Assembly (NCBI GenBank): GCA_046563655.1
Contig: CM102284.1
Coordinates: forward strand, 5,270,001 to 5,334,000
DNA length: 64,000 bases
Origin: Yuukianura sp. NJ FZ-2021
Taxonomy: Eukaryota
Direction: 5' to 3'
Of the stretch, positions 26,201-38,400 are shown one piece after another. The stretch's first letter is position 1. Each line of letters begins with the position of its first letter. The notes under the pieces were generated by a model that was not told where the DNA came from, searched no databases, and worked only from the letters and a program-made list of their open reading frames with translations. Position numbers and translations under genes: made by a program.

Positions 26201-29200
26201 ATAAATATTTTGAATTTTCGGTGCTTTTGTTTTTGGAGAATTTACTACTCAGTAAGTTACCAAACAGGTAAGTTAATTAAGTTCTGAGTGATGTTTTTGG
26301 TAAGACTCAAAGGATTACGTTAGGTAGTTTTGGACTAAAGTTGGATCTGGTTTTATTTGGTCTTTCAAAGGAAAATTTTGAGAAATGACGAAATAGATTT
26401 TGGTTTCATGTTCTTGTCCTTTTGACTTATGCAGCTCTGCGAAAAATTTTTGTTAATGGCTTTTGTTGAATTTGGCAAAGTATTTCTGAAGTGACGTCTT
26501 GGTTTAGCAGCAGGTAGGATAATGTTGGGTGCAGCCGAGGATTTGAACTGGTTGAATGGTCGGACAAGGGTTGCAGCAAGGTCCACAGCATCGCGATGCA
26601 CATCGCTTCCGACGACATGGCACTGGACCCTGTGCAACAAATTTTGGAAAATCGATTAATTCCAAATCCAAGACAAAAGAATTCGAAAAATTTGAAAGTG
26701 CTTACGTAGCAAAGTGGTTGGCAAATCGTTGGTCGGCACCAGTCCTTCCATCGTGGCGGAGCTGGAGCAGGGCAGTAAGTCATCGTAGAGTACCGGCGCA
26801 CCTATTTCATACACAAATGTTGGAATGAAACTTTACAACCTTTAACCAAATGACTTACAACGCTGCAGTATGATGGATAAGGCCGATAGTCAGGGCAACA
26901 CATCTTCGGAACTCCTCGAATGGGATCTCGGTGACAATTGCGTGGAGGACAGCATCGATTTGGTGGCTAAAAATGAGAGAAATCTTCATTTCAGCTTTCT
27001 TATTATTTCTGCTTCTAGTTAGAACAGCACTTACACAGGTTGGAACGCATCCAACGGATTGGCAAGGACGGGCCTAAAAATTAAACAAACTTTTATGACA
27101 CTTACATTCTCAAAAACGCGTCTAAAAAGTAACACCTTACATTCATGGTGAAGTATGAAGTCAAAGTGGTCACTTCTCAAAAATGGCTGGAATTTGGAAA
27201 CAGATTTTGGAGAGTAATTTTGGAAGAAGTGACGTGCTGCCTCTATGCCTCTGCTCTACCGCAGTGAAGTTTTCAAGAAAAATAAAAACTTCCTTCTTAT
27301 ATGCCGGAATTTTTCATAACAAACTTTTTCAAACGTTACCGTGGTAACGTAATTTTTCACATTTTTCACCCACATTTTGTGGGTGTAAGTGTTGTTAAAT
27401 AAATAATTTATTACCGTGGTAACGTGTTGTATCGTGCCACTGTATTGTTTTTCTCATTATAATTTGAATTTCAATAAAATCGAATGTTACTCGTTTCATC
27501 GAAACTAGAATTAGAATCGACAGACCTCTATCCGGATACTGACAACGTAGTCAACAAAGCGACTTCAAGATGATGGGCAGTTGGACTAGAGGGGACTCAG
27601 ACCCGTCCCAAGTTCTATCCCTCCATCACAAAAGTCGAACTAGTTCTGGAAAGGCCGTGGACTTGGAAGGAGAACTCGGAGAAATTCTGCGCCGGCGTAG
27701 CGCGAATCGCAGCGCATCGGGAGCTGGAGAGCCGCAAGGCGGTCGAGCTTCTCGGGTTTCGTCTCTTAAGGATTTCAATATTTTCAAGAAAAGTATCACT
27801 TATGACTCACAGTACAAGGAATATGAAGAAGAAGTGGTCTTCGTTGAGCCAGTGTTCAATGTCAAGAGAATCGTTTCCCCTCAGGGGGAAATAATGCTGT
27901 CGGCTTTGGCCGGAGTTAGTCGGAAGATTGAGATCATGGCAATGTTGCCAGAAGTTATGGCTCGGCTCATCTATGGAGATATGGATTTGGAGCGTGTTCT
28001 GGGCGAGGAGGTCGTCGATGCCATTTTGCGTGTGTACTATACACAAGCGGTAAGAAAACTTTGAAATGGCTTCACTGCAGATTTTATTTCATGTTATTTT
28101 TTAAATTTTAGTACTGGATTGAATACAGAAACGAAGGCGAAGATCCGATCCTTCCGTCTGGTGTAACGCTAGAAGAGCTCAAAAAACGCTTGCAGAAAGG
28201 AGCCCGCTATCCTGCGCCACAATCCAAAGGTCACCACGTCATTCTGCAACAAGGTTCAGGAAACGACGAAGAAATGGCTGGGGAAGATGTTGCCCTTAGA
28301 CCAGCCGTAACGGCATCTTCAATCTACAGCAGCACTTTGCCCAGAACTGCTGCTCCGTCGAAAGTCAGCATTAGATCTCGTGGTTACGGAGATTGGGTGA
28401 CGCCTGGTGACCTCGGAATTCCAACAGAGCGCTACTTATCCGACGTAGTCAAAGCTGGCTATCGACAAGTCTTCCGACTCATCTCGTCAAACCCAGCCAT
28501 CATGACATACTTGGTAGCATTTATCCCACCAGAAGTGACTCAGGCTGTTAAAGTACTCTACAGCCAAATGCAATTACTGGAAGGACTCATGTACGTGAAG
28601 TTTCTGATGACCCCGGAAGAAGGTAAGCTACGCTCATCCTTCGAATTCCTTTCAATTACTCGCAACTTTTGACAATCGGCTTATATCCTAGAAATCCAGC
28701 GCCTTCAGCATCTCAAACACATTTGGATCAGAGAGCAGCGGCTGCTGAGAGAGTACCGCGCTCTAGAGGTATGCTTTCTTAACCGCAGAATTTTGAAGAA
28801 AAAAAGTTTCCAACAAGACGCTAATGTAATTTTTTTTTTCTAAATTTTGGTATGTCTTAACAGGAACAATACGAAGAGATTGGAAATAATAAAGAGCGAG
28901 TGATGTTCGAATTGAACCAAGGAATTAACGCGCTCATCGTCCAGATTGACTCCGTCAGCGACTACACTCGTTATGAAATCAACAAGCTGAGGTAATTTCT
29001 TAAATCCTTAAACATTTCGAAATCTGAGATTTCAAAAATTAATTTCTTGAATTATCCGGTTTCGAATTGTGTAGTGGCGAAGGAAAAAAGCAGGACTTGG
29101 TGAATACCAAAAAATTCGACCAAGACTTGCAGCAACTCGACGGAAACTTTCAAGCTGCACTGAAATTTGCTTTGAAATTGCGTGCCACATATGCTGAAAT

Positions 29201-32200
29201 TGAGAACGGATGGAGACAACAGCGGAATGCGTTGGAAGCAGATTTGCAGGAGACGATTGTGAAGTATGACATAGAGATGAAGGCCAGACAGCAAATACTG
29301 GACGAGTGCTTGGCAACGGAAGAGGCAAATAAAGTTGAAATTGCTCGACTCGAGGAGATCAACCGAAAGGTAGAAAAGAGATACGCTCAGTTCAAGGATG
29401 AAACGCGCGTCAAAAAACGTCGGAAGAAAAGCTCCAAAAAGAAAAAGGTACCAACGTTGTAAAACATGTAGTATTTTTAAAAAATATAAATTTTTAACCA
29501 AAAATTTTACATTTTAGAAGAGCAAGGGAAAGAAAGGAAAGAAGAAAGGACGTGGTCGAAGTAAAAAGAAAGGCGGGAAAAGCAAGAGCAAGAGTAAAAG
29601 CAAGTCGAAGAAAGGCAAGGGGAAGGGGTCAAAGGGCAAGAAGGGCAAAAAAGGCAAGAAAAATCGGAAGTCACCGCGCAGTGAAACTGAGTCCGAAGCA
29701 GAATTCGGTGGCGAAGACTCTCAATACGAAGATGAAATGGAGGGCGAGGGCTTGAGTCCGAAACGCGGTAATATTTAAAAATAAATTCGGTTTCTTCGAA
29801 TTGTCCATATTCGTTTTCCTTTTTTGCTGTAGCTGGAAAGAAGAGAGCTAAAAAGAGCAAGAACGGTAAGGACAAAAAGAGCAAGAAGGAAACTGATGCT
29901 GCGTATTCCGACAAAGATGGACCGAAGGACTTTGACCACAACCGCTGGTTATTGGGCGAAGATGATACTGGGCAAGAAGAAATGGAGGGTGAAGGAATGT
30001 GGCAAGAAATGGCTTTTGCAATGCAAGCGCAACAGAAAGTCAAGATGGCTGCAACTTCTGAACAGCGAAAACTTGGGAAGAAGAAATCGAAGAGCAAGAA
30101 GAAAAGCAAGAAACGAAAGGGCTCCAAAAAGAGCAAACGAAAGAAAAAGACTTAAGTCACGTTTTTTCAAAACTAAAATCAAAACGTTTTCTTAAATCCA
30201 AATACAAACGTGCCAAATATGGAACTTTGAACCTTAACCTAAGAGCAAAGGATCAGGGAGTGGAAGAAAAGTGCCGAACTCTGCTTAAACGCAGCCACAT
30301 ACACATTGCTCTTTATTACTTTAGTTCACAAATGAAATCTTTGAGAAGTTGTTGAGCATGTTGAAATTTATAGTTGAGATTAGTCTAACCGATACAGGCG
30401 TTCTTTTTTTCAAAATTCGAAAGAGAAAAACGAAAAAGAAAAACTTTGCTACTTGGTACTAAATTTTTGTTTAGTTTATAGCTGCACTCAAGCCGTGTCG
30501 TTGACACTTGGAAGAACTTTTTCCTCCCTGGAGAAAGTTTACATCGCCTTTCTCCCGCTTCGAAAAAGTGCTTCACGGTTACTTCCAGTGTCTCTTGCTA
30601 TCTTACACTGCGACGTGTGTTCTCTTGCTTGGCGTTTTACAAAGTTAACTAAGAGACTTTAGTTACTTCTGAGAGTGTTAATAGCCTTTCTTCCTGCTTC
30701 GTATTTCCCAAACCTAACCGTAGTTTCTAACATCTAACTTTGTTCATTTCAGGGCAGGAGAACCAATTCCACCATCTCTTAGGTTCAATGTCATCTCTTT
30801 CTATCCTCCACTTTGGGTCAAGAAGCTTATGGCTTTCATTCTCCGTCTGCCCATTCCATTTCTCCATTCGCCAAGAGCAGCTCAATTTGCCAGAGGTAAG
30901 ACAACCTAATTTAAGATATGCTGTGTCTCTATTCTAATAGTCTACGAATCTAGAATCTTGGCTAGAGGGAAAGCTAGAGATAGGAAATACCTTTTAGGAG
31001 TCTACTTTAGCCTAACTAATTTGGAGTTTGAAAGTATTTTCGGACGGAGGGAGTAACTATGTGGCTTTTACCCAACTCAAGCACTCTTTTCCATGCTGTG
31101 TTGATAAGATGTGATGGACATATTGTGGTGGCAGTTATTTGGAGTGAAGAGAAAGTCTTTCTCCTAAAACTAAAAGTAAATGAAGCGGGGAAAGGCATCA
31201 GGCAGTTGCCATTTCCCAACCGGAAACTACTAGCATAAACCTAAAAACCTAACCTGAAAATACGTAAAATCTAAAATCACAACCTAGAGAGAGGTTTGTT
31301 ACGGCTTTTTAGGTTTAATGGCAAATGGACAGGGCACATAAGGGCTTCGATGGATTTCGTATTACTTTCTCCGTACTAAAGAAATTCCATTTTCATTTTT
31401 CTGCTTTGAACTGGAAAAAATTTGGTTTTGATGTTCACTCACAATGCAAATTCAAAAATTAAACTTGGTTTTCGTAATGACTCAACCTAACTTTTTTTTC
31501 TCAAAATTTTGAAGGTGGGGATGGAATTACGAAAGACTTGATGGATTCTCTTGGAGTGAAGAAAGCTATACTTCAAGACTTGATTCAACGTTGGAAAGAC
31601 CAGAAGATCGACGTTCTCCTATGTCCCACCCTTGCATTTCCAGCCTTTCCAACTGACACGAAAATTAAAATGCAGGGTAAGTGCGGTTGAATGACTGTGG
31701 TTTTATGGCCCTCTTCCCCCTGAAACCCGGGTATTAGGATCCACCCTCCAGACTTTGGCAAGATTCCTCTTGTGAAAACTAAAACGGGACACGGAAACGT
31801 GCTCTTTTAGGTTTTGGGTGGATTTTGATGATGCCATGGGCGAAGGATCTAATTTTGTAATTATTCTCAATGTTGACTCAAAACCTTCTTCTGTTTGATT
31901 TTGTGTTCAAATTAGCCTCTGCTGTTTACACTTTGGTTTGGAACCTCTTCGACTTCCCTGCTGGAGTGGTTAAATTTGGAAAAGAGTCTGGCAAAAACAT
32001 TCTTCCTTATGAAAATTTTGGGGATTTGATGCTCAAAGCAGTTCCGGGGGTAAGCTAAAGTTCAAACTAAAAAACTAATTTTAGAATTTGCAAAGAATTG
32101 TTGGAGAAAGTCGCTGATCTTGCGTCGCTGATTTCCTTTTACCGTTTTTCGAAATTTTTAATTCAAAATCAGGGCAGCAGCGATTGATCCGTGACGTGTT

Positions 32201-32468
32201 GAGTTACTTATGACTTTCTTTTGAAAATAGCCTAAGCTAACGTTTATTTTTATGGAATCATGGTGTCCTTTTGTACACCACGATCCATAAACTTGTTTTT
32301 TTTTCTTGGTCTGAAAAGTAACTTTTGTATGTGGTATTTTTGTAGTCTGTAAAGGAAGCCATTGGGATGCCAATTTCCGTCCAAATCGTCGGTCTTCCCT
32401 ACGAGGATGAAATGGTTCTTTATGGAATGAAGTGTCTAAACAGCCTTTCACAACATGTCAACCCATAA
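23219..32468 (+). CDS. Fatty-acid amide hydrolase-like amidase (paralog 3), split by a 5.1 kb intron containing two nested genes
   Basis: 5' exons: [46 protein letters not shown], ending AFRKY-TG at 25670. It resumes in matching phase at 30753 (G-AGEPIPPS...PLWVKKL), then [40 protein letters not shown] 32466-32468. Colinear with paralogs 1 and 2. Confidence 0.85.
24211..24343. repeat. Intronic tandem repeats, probable small transposon remnant
   Basis: 30-bp unit x2 (24211-24240, 24241-24270) with internal TCTCG...CGAGA inverted repeat, then AGTGAC(A/G)TCACAAAGT x2 (24305-24320, 24328-24343), inside an unusually long 560-nt intron. Confidence 0.6.
26504..27146 (-). CDS. Unrecognised 124-aa Cys/Pro-rich protein, nested antisense in the FAAH-3 intron
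   Basis: Five exons (27146-27141, 27073-27035, 26966-26859, 26801-26706, 26629-26504); all four introns are GTAAG...AG and phase 0, giving one open frame [23 protein letters not shown]...[29 protein letters not shown]. Confidence 0.85.
27335..27423. promoter_or_regulatory. Twin RFX X-box motifs in a bidirectional promoter
   Basis: GTTACCGTGGTAAC at 27335-27348 (within near-palindrome ACGTTACCGTGGTAACGT) and ATTACCGTGGTAAC at 27410-27423, between divergent ATGs at 27146 and 27570. Confidence 0.75.
27570..30155 (+). CDS. IQCD: Dynein regulatory complex subunit 10 (IQCD)-like, with an extended Lys-rich tail; nested on the same strand in the FAAH-3 intron
   Basis: KIEIMAMLP...[36 protein letters not shown] and [21 protein letters not shown] parallel conserved IQCD blocks as I recall them (KVELVTLL...MLGEDV, VLRLLLSNP, FLFEKLLTSPME, VETEIENWIQKYDTEMGEKQ); the exons splice in frame. 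Confidence 0.78.
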
Positions 32469-35400
32469 ACCTCAAAATTCAAACTTCCTTCCTTCCATTT
32501 CCAGCACTTTCGGCTTCTTCTTGGCTTTATTTTTGAAAAAAGAAAAGCAACTCCAAAAAGTTGTTTAAAACGAAAAGCTGAAAATGCTTTTTCTGGAGAA
32601 AGTGAATTGAATAAAGGATCCATAAAACAGAAATGAAGTGATAGAAAATGTCATTTTTGAAAAAAAAGAGGAGCTTTCACTTTCGTTTTCTACCGCGAAA
32701 TGGAAAATGGTGAAAGCACATTTATGTTTTTCCGTGTTCTGGACAAAGTCCGTCGGGAGTTGACACAACTGTCATGAAAAATATACGCTAGAATGTGCTA
32801 TACAAAGTTTTTGATCTTTCACGTTATGTTAAGCTAGGTTAGTTTTTGATCTGTTTTTATACTTATGTTAGCTTTTGCAGTCTAATCTTATGTTTGCGAT
32901 GTTTTTGTCTCAAACTTTATTAGTTTAACAGTTTGAACAGGACACTAACCGAAATTTACCTTCAGGAAAGTGTACTAAAGCTCTTTTGGTTCCGTTTTTC
33001 AGAAAGTTTAAACACTGCAGGGGAAGTTCAGTCCGCAAAACAGCGCATCGCCGCGATTCTTCGTTTTCTAAAAAAGCTAGAACAGAATTTTTTCTCTCTC
33101 GACTTTGAAAAAGTTGAAGCATGCGAAACAGAGCCACTGCTTCACAGCTCCTCCACAAACGAAAGCATCGGGCCACGATGGATCTTGTTTCCATGTGAGC
33201 TTTCTCTAAGCACTTTCTCTTCCTTTTAGTTCTCATCTGACGCTTGAAAGCGAAACACTTGAATCAGCGCACGCTCTTCAGCATTCCTAATTCACACAAT
33301 TCAAACATTTCATTTTATTGGATAAGTGAAAAGTTTCAAGTGAAAATGAGACTAGAATATTTTGCGGCTTTTCCAAGTAAACACATTTGGTTAGGTTAGG
33401 GTTATAGGCTATTTTCGTCTAAAAGTTGACGTCGTGTGGTAACAACATATCCTAACTTTCCAATAGTTTTCGAACAAAATTTCAGTTTTCTCCCCTTGAG
33501 ACAAATTTTCAGACTAAAAGTGTCAAAACCATCTGCCACACTGTCTCGCTCTCTTCAAAAGCCAAAAGCTTTCTCCATTTGGTTGGAAATCCACGTTGTT
33601 TACGTAAAGTTTCATCAACAGCAGCAGTTCCTAGTTTCAGAACATTCAATTTTGGATTCTACCCGCTTCGGTTCACTCTTCTTCTTGACAAGGAAGCAAA
33701 CACTACCCGAGTATTTCGGAGAACGATTTCGGTGTAAACGAAAATAAAGTTGTTGTTCGTGAATCTTTGTTGTTCGGTTCGATGGATTTCGCAAGTGTCT
33801 TGAACTCCTTCCACTTCTAAAAGTTCACAGCAGTGGAATCGTCCATCTTCTGCGGCTGTTTTGCTCAGAAGTGAGTTTTTTTAGGTACTTTCTTTGAAAA
33901 TGGTAAACAAAAAAGAAAAGTGAAAGTTTGATCTTTCAAGAGACAAAATTTATTGAGCTGAAGTCTATTGTTTTTACCAACGCTTCCTGCAGTCAATTTC
34001 AAACTTTTAACGCTTTCTTTCTGAATCTTTTTTTTAAACTACCGTTTGATTCAAATTCTTCTGGATTCGGGATTTGCACTTCACAGGAATGAGGAACATT
34101 TATTAAAAACTTTTTCTTTCAACTTAGTACTCTAAAAGATTGGGCGAAAGTAGAAGTAATTTTGACAGCCTTAATCTGAATAGGAAGAAAGTTAAAAAGC
34201 GATTAAGTCCCGTCGCTTGAAGCTAAACTTTCACTTTTTAATTTCTTGTAATCTTAAGTTTCAAAATAAGTGTGGGCTTGTTCAAAGAAGAACTGAAAGC
34301 GAGCTTGACAAAAGTTGACTTTAGTTCGCTTTGGTCTAAGCACTTCTTAATTTCGGTAGCTCCATTTCTTAAGTTTATTGTTCAAAACATAAATAAATCG
34401 CTGTTTCAGCCTTCTTGGTCCAACAAGAGCCACCACGAGTCCAAAAGGCTCATATTTCTTAACTAAAAATGAAAATCTGAAGCTCCGAGAAAGTTATGAA
34501 ATAGGGTCGGAAGGTTTTTTGTTCTGGAGTAATAAAACCCGGGAGACTTTTGAAGCGGAAAAAGACAATTTCAAAGGAATTACTCTCGAAGAACGAAATT
34601 GTCACACTTTCTCTCAATTTTGTATTGCAAGCACTTTGTCACACATCTCGACATTAATTGCTTAGTTTCACACCTTGGAAATTAGAGCATCACAGACTAA
34701 CGATAAGCACACTGCTGTGAAAGCAGAGCACGCGTCGTAGCACATAATTACGATCTTGGGCGTGATAGAACATGTTGGTGTACTCTAAACCCATGTTGAC
34801 TGTGTAACTTTTAAGGCAGAAGTAATATGTTGACGCTCCTGAAGTGACTGGAGTGTCAACATAAAGTCGTGACTTTCTTCGCACTTTCACTAATTTATTA
34901 CCTACTTTCACTTGTCCATGAAATCACTCCATTTGGAACTAAAGGAGGCTTTTATGCGGAGGTGTAAGGCTTTAGCAAAATCTGGAGCAGTGACAAAGAC
35001 AGATTTTGTTAGGTTAGAGAGGTTAGGTTGTCTGAGAACATTATTAGAAATTTTAGTAAGGTTGGCCATAGGTTCGCACTTTGTAACAAATGACTTGAGG
35101 ATTCCACTAGGTTAATTATGCACAAAAGAACATCGATCTGGATTCCAAAACGTGTCAAAGGTGTCTCTAACCACAAAGTTTCCATTAGGTTTAACACCGA
35201 TTTTGCATTTGGATCAATTAAAATTCGGAGGAGACTAACCTAACATTGTCCTAATGAAAATTTTCAAGAATTGGAAATTTAAATTTTGGAAACGGTATTC
35301 AGTTCTAGTGAAAATATCCATCGATTTCGATTTTGAAATGAAAGCGGGTATCGCGTTCAAATCGAATCAAATCAAAATCAAATTCAGTTTTTTTAATGAA

Positions 35401-38400
35401 TTTGTAGCCAAAAAATGGAAACTTGTAGTTTCTTTGTTCTTGACCTTTTTGTTCACTCAAGTCAAAAACCGTTAATCATTAACTTTCTTTGTTATGCTGA
35501 AGTGAAAATGTTACTTCGTAGTAGTTAAATTTGATTTGGGGAGTAGTCGATACTTGAAAAGAAGAAAGTGATTTAGAAATTTGTTGGCACTATTTCAACT
35601 TTCTTTTGAACAAGAAGGATTTAACGACTTTTGAGAAAATTTTGAAGAGTTTTCTCTGTTCCTTGTTAGTAATTTCCAAAACACTAAAAACTGAGTCTTA
35701 GGTATCCTTTAGCTAGGGCTTTAATTAAAAGTTTCTGGAATGATGGATGGCTTGTTTATTTTAACGCTTCGTTGATCTCCACCATTCTGCTTAAGTTTCT
35801 TAATTACTTGTTACAAGAAACAGAAGAAAGTTTGTAAAGTTAAGACAATAACCTAACCTTATGCGAAGGTTATTGTTCCAAGTTTGTAACTTCTGGAATT
35901 GTCTTTGTTGGAATTGGTCCTTCCTCCATAAACTTCTGCATCGCTTAGTTCATTAATCATTCATTCGGGATAGGCAACTGTCATGGGGAAAGTGTATATC
36001 AGGACATAAAGGAATAGGCTGAGCACTTTCTCTGGCTTTGTTCTTCGTGCGGGAAAGTTTAAGAGCTTAGGAGACGGAAAACTGCAGAACTGGAAGTAAG
36101 CATGGAACACTGGAAGCTGGAAAATAGACGCTGGAAGCAAAAAATGGTCACTGGAAGCAGAAAAATAAGCGCTGGAATTTTGCAGACGTCGCGAAAAACA
36201 TGTTGGAAGCATCTCAGCTGTTAAGGTTAGGCTAGGATTTGGGGTTGAGCTAAAGGGCACTTGGGTTTCTAGGTTCCACGGGATATCATCATCATCTTAT
36301 CGCATATTGCAAAGTAATAGGACTCGGCCAAAACGGTTTTGGCAGCCTAATCCGGAAGAAGAGCTGGAGCTGACGCTGGAACTAGCACTGGAGCAGTTGC
36401 GCTGGAACATATACGCTGGAATACTAGACTAACCTTTAGCACAAACACGACCAGTCTATGGTTAGAGTGCTAAATGGAGTACAGAAATATGAGGATGGTT
36501 GCTACGGGAGATTGTGAAGATCCTAGACAGAGAAGCTTTTTTTGCTGCATACTTTTGGCCATTAAGACTTTTGGTTCTGATGAAGTGAAAGTTTTCGAAT
36601 AGAATTGGTCCACGAAGATGAAAGTCCAGCGTAAGAGGCAAAGCAAACACAAAACTCGATTCGTCGGACCAAGGGAATGGAACTGTAAAACTTTTTTACG
36701 ATAAATTTCAACAAAGTTTCCAAATTTTGGGAGGGACACGAAAGGAACACATTTTGTATTCTGGACTTTCACCTCCGTCTCCTTTTTTCTTTCGTTTTGT
36801 TTCTGCGTACCGAAGCGAACTTTACAAAAAGTGTACAATTGAATAAAAACTTTCATTGGATTACGATTGTCAACAAAAGAACTTGACACGTTCCAAAATT
36901 TTGAAACTGCGAGAATGAAAAATTGAGCATTTAGAAGTGTCCGTGACTTTTGCTGGAGTCATGTTCAAGTTTATTTTCATAAAACGAAAAACTTTCTAAA
37001 TTTAAATGCTAAATGAAAGCTGTCAAAAGGAGGGGAAAGGCAGTTTTGACGGCTGTCTCTGTGATTCACAAAGTTCAAAACTTTTACAACTCACAATTTA
37101 ATTCCACAATAAAATTGAGCCGAGAACAGTGAATTGTTCATTCTTTTCTCAAAACTGAAATTAGAATTTTCAAAAAAATGTTTGAAAAGATTTTTTTTTA
37201 AATCAGAATCGAAATCGACAAGGTTCAGAACATCAAAAAATGAGTGAAAGTCCAGATTTTTGTGTGCAAGTTGGGAAAGCGAAATGGATTTCAGTGACCA
37301 TGGAACGCTTTGTTTGAAACCCGGAATCAGTTGACCTTTGACCTCCGCTTGTTACGCTCGTGACTGCAGAAATAGCCTTTAATGCTTCAGTAAACAAAAG
37401 CACTGCGTTTAGTTTGGATTAAAATCACTTCCCAGCCTTTCTTTGTTCCTCTGGCGTACTTCATCTCAAATTACGCTTCCCTCATCCTTTCTCCTCCGCT
37501 TAACTGAAAGTCCTCATTTGAGCATGTTTGAACAACCTCTTTCAAATCCCTTGCTCTTGAATTAATAACAATGCTCCAAAATTTAAATCCAGAAACCGTT
37601 GCGTGTGGTCTTTCTTCTTTTTTAAAAAAAATCAAAGCTCCCCAGGACCTACTTTCTCCCGGAGAGAACACATTAGGTGCAATTTTTTTTTGCTTTCTGA
37701 AAAGCTCTATTTTGAGATCGATCGTTTTTGGAACCAAAACTACCGAAATTATGGCATTTCCATTGAAATTAAAGTAATAGAAAGCAAGCAATTCTAGAAA
37801 AAAAATAACAAAAATCAATACAGCCTGCAGTGAAAGTCGAATGTGGCTATGTCCTATTTTGTGACAAAGAAGAAGGACGAAGCACAAGCACTTTCTGTCT
37901 AGTTTACAACGCCAATTTTTTGTTGGCAAATTGACTTTGGTCATTACATTAAAGTTGGAGTTTGGGCGGAGGCGGACGAATTCAAAAAAAATTTCACCCA
38001 AAAAAGTTGAAGTTTCTTTTTTTCTTGGTCAATTCCAAATCCTAATAGACTTTTCTCACGAGATGAAGAAGAAACTAAGGTGAAAGCGATTCCTGCCATT
38101 AATTACAGTCGTGTTGAACCACATCGGCCTCAGGCTGACGCTTCCTTCCAATACAACTGTAGCAGAAAATAAAGCCTGTTGTGTTTTAGGTGAGTTTCTT
38201 TTAGATTAGGCTATCTACAGCTATAGTCGAAGGTTAGGCTATGTTAGATTAGGGTGTGATAGAAGAAGCTTTAGAATCTCTGGGAAGCTCTAATTGACAG
38301 AAGAATAAATGGGGATGGGAAAGTGGGAGCCTTAGGATCCCTTTCACGGCTCATAACTTTCACTTGGAAGTCCTAAATTTTCTGTTCCTTTCCTTCTAAG

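Noticed and set aside
29507-30182. Phe/Leu-rich minus-strand ORFs resembling membrane proteins
   Set aside because: Antisense shadow of the Lys-rich DRC10 tail.
31016-31390. Possible further minus-strand exons in a FAAH-3 intron
   Set aside because: No start, consistent frame or homology could be established.
34690-35197. Minus-strand short ORFs with splice-like signals
   Set aside because: I could not join them in compatible phase into a stop-free product; no motif recognised.
35702-35710. GTATCCTTT, a U12-type 5' splice-site consensus
   Set aside because: No supporting exon or U12 branch point identified; a single 9-mer can occur by chance.
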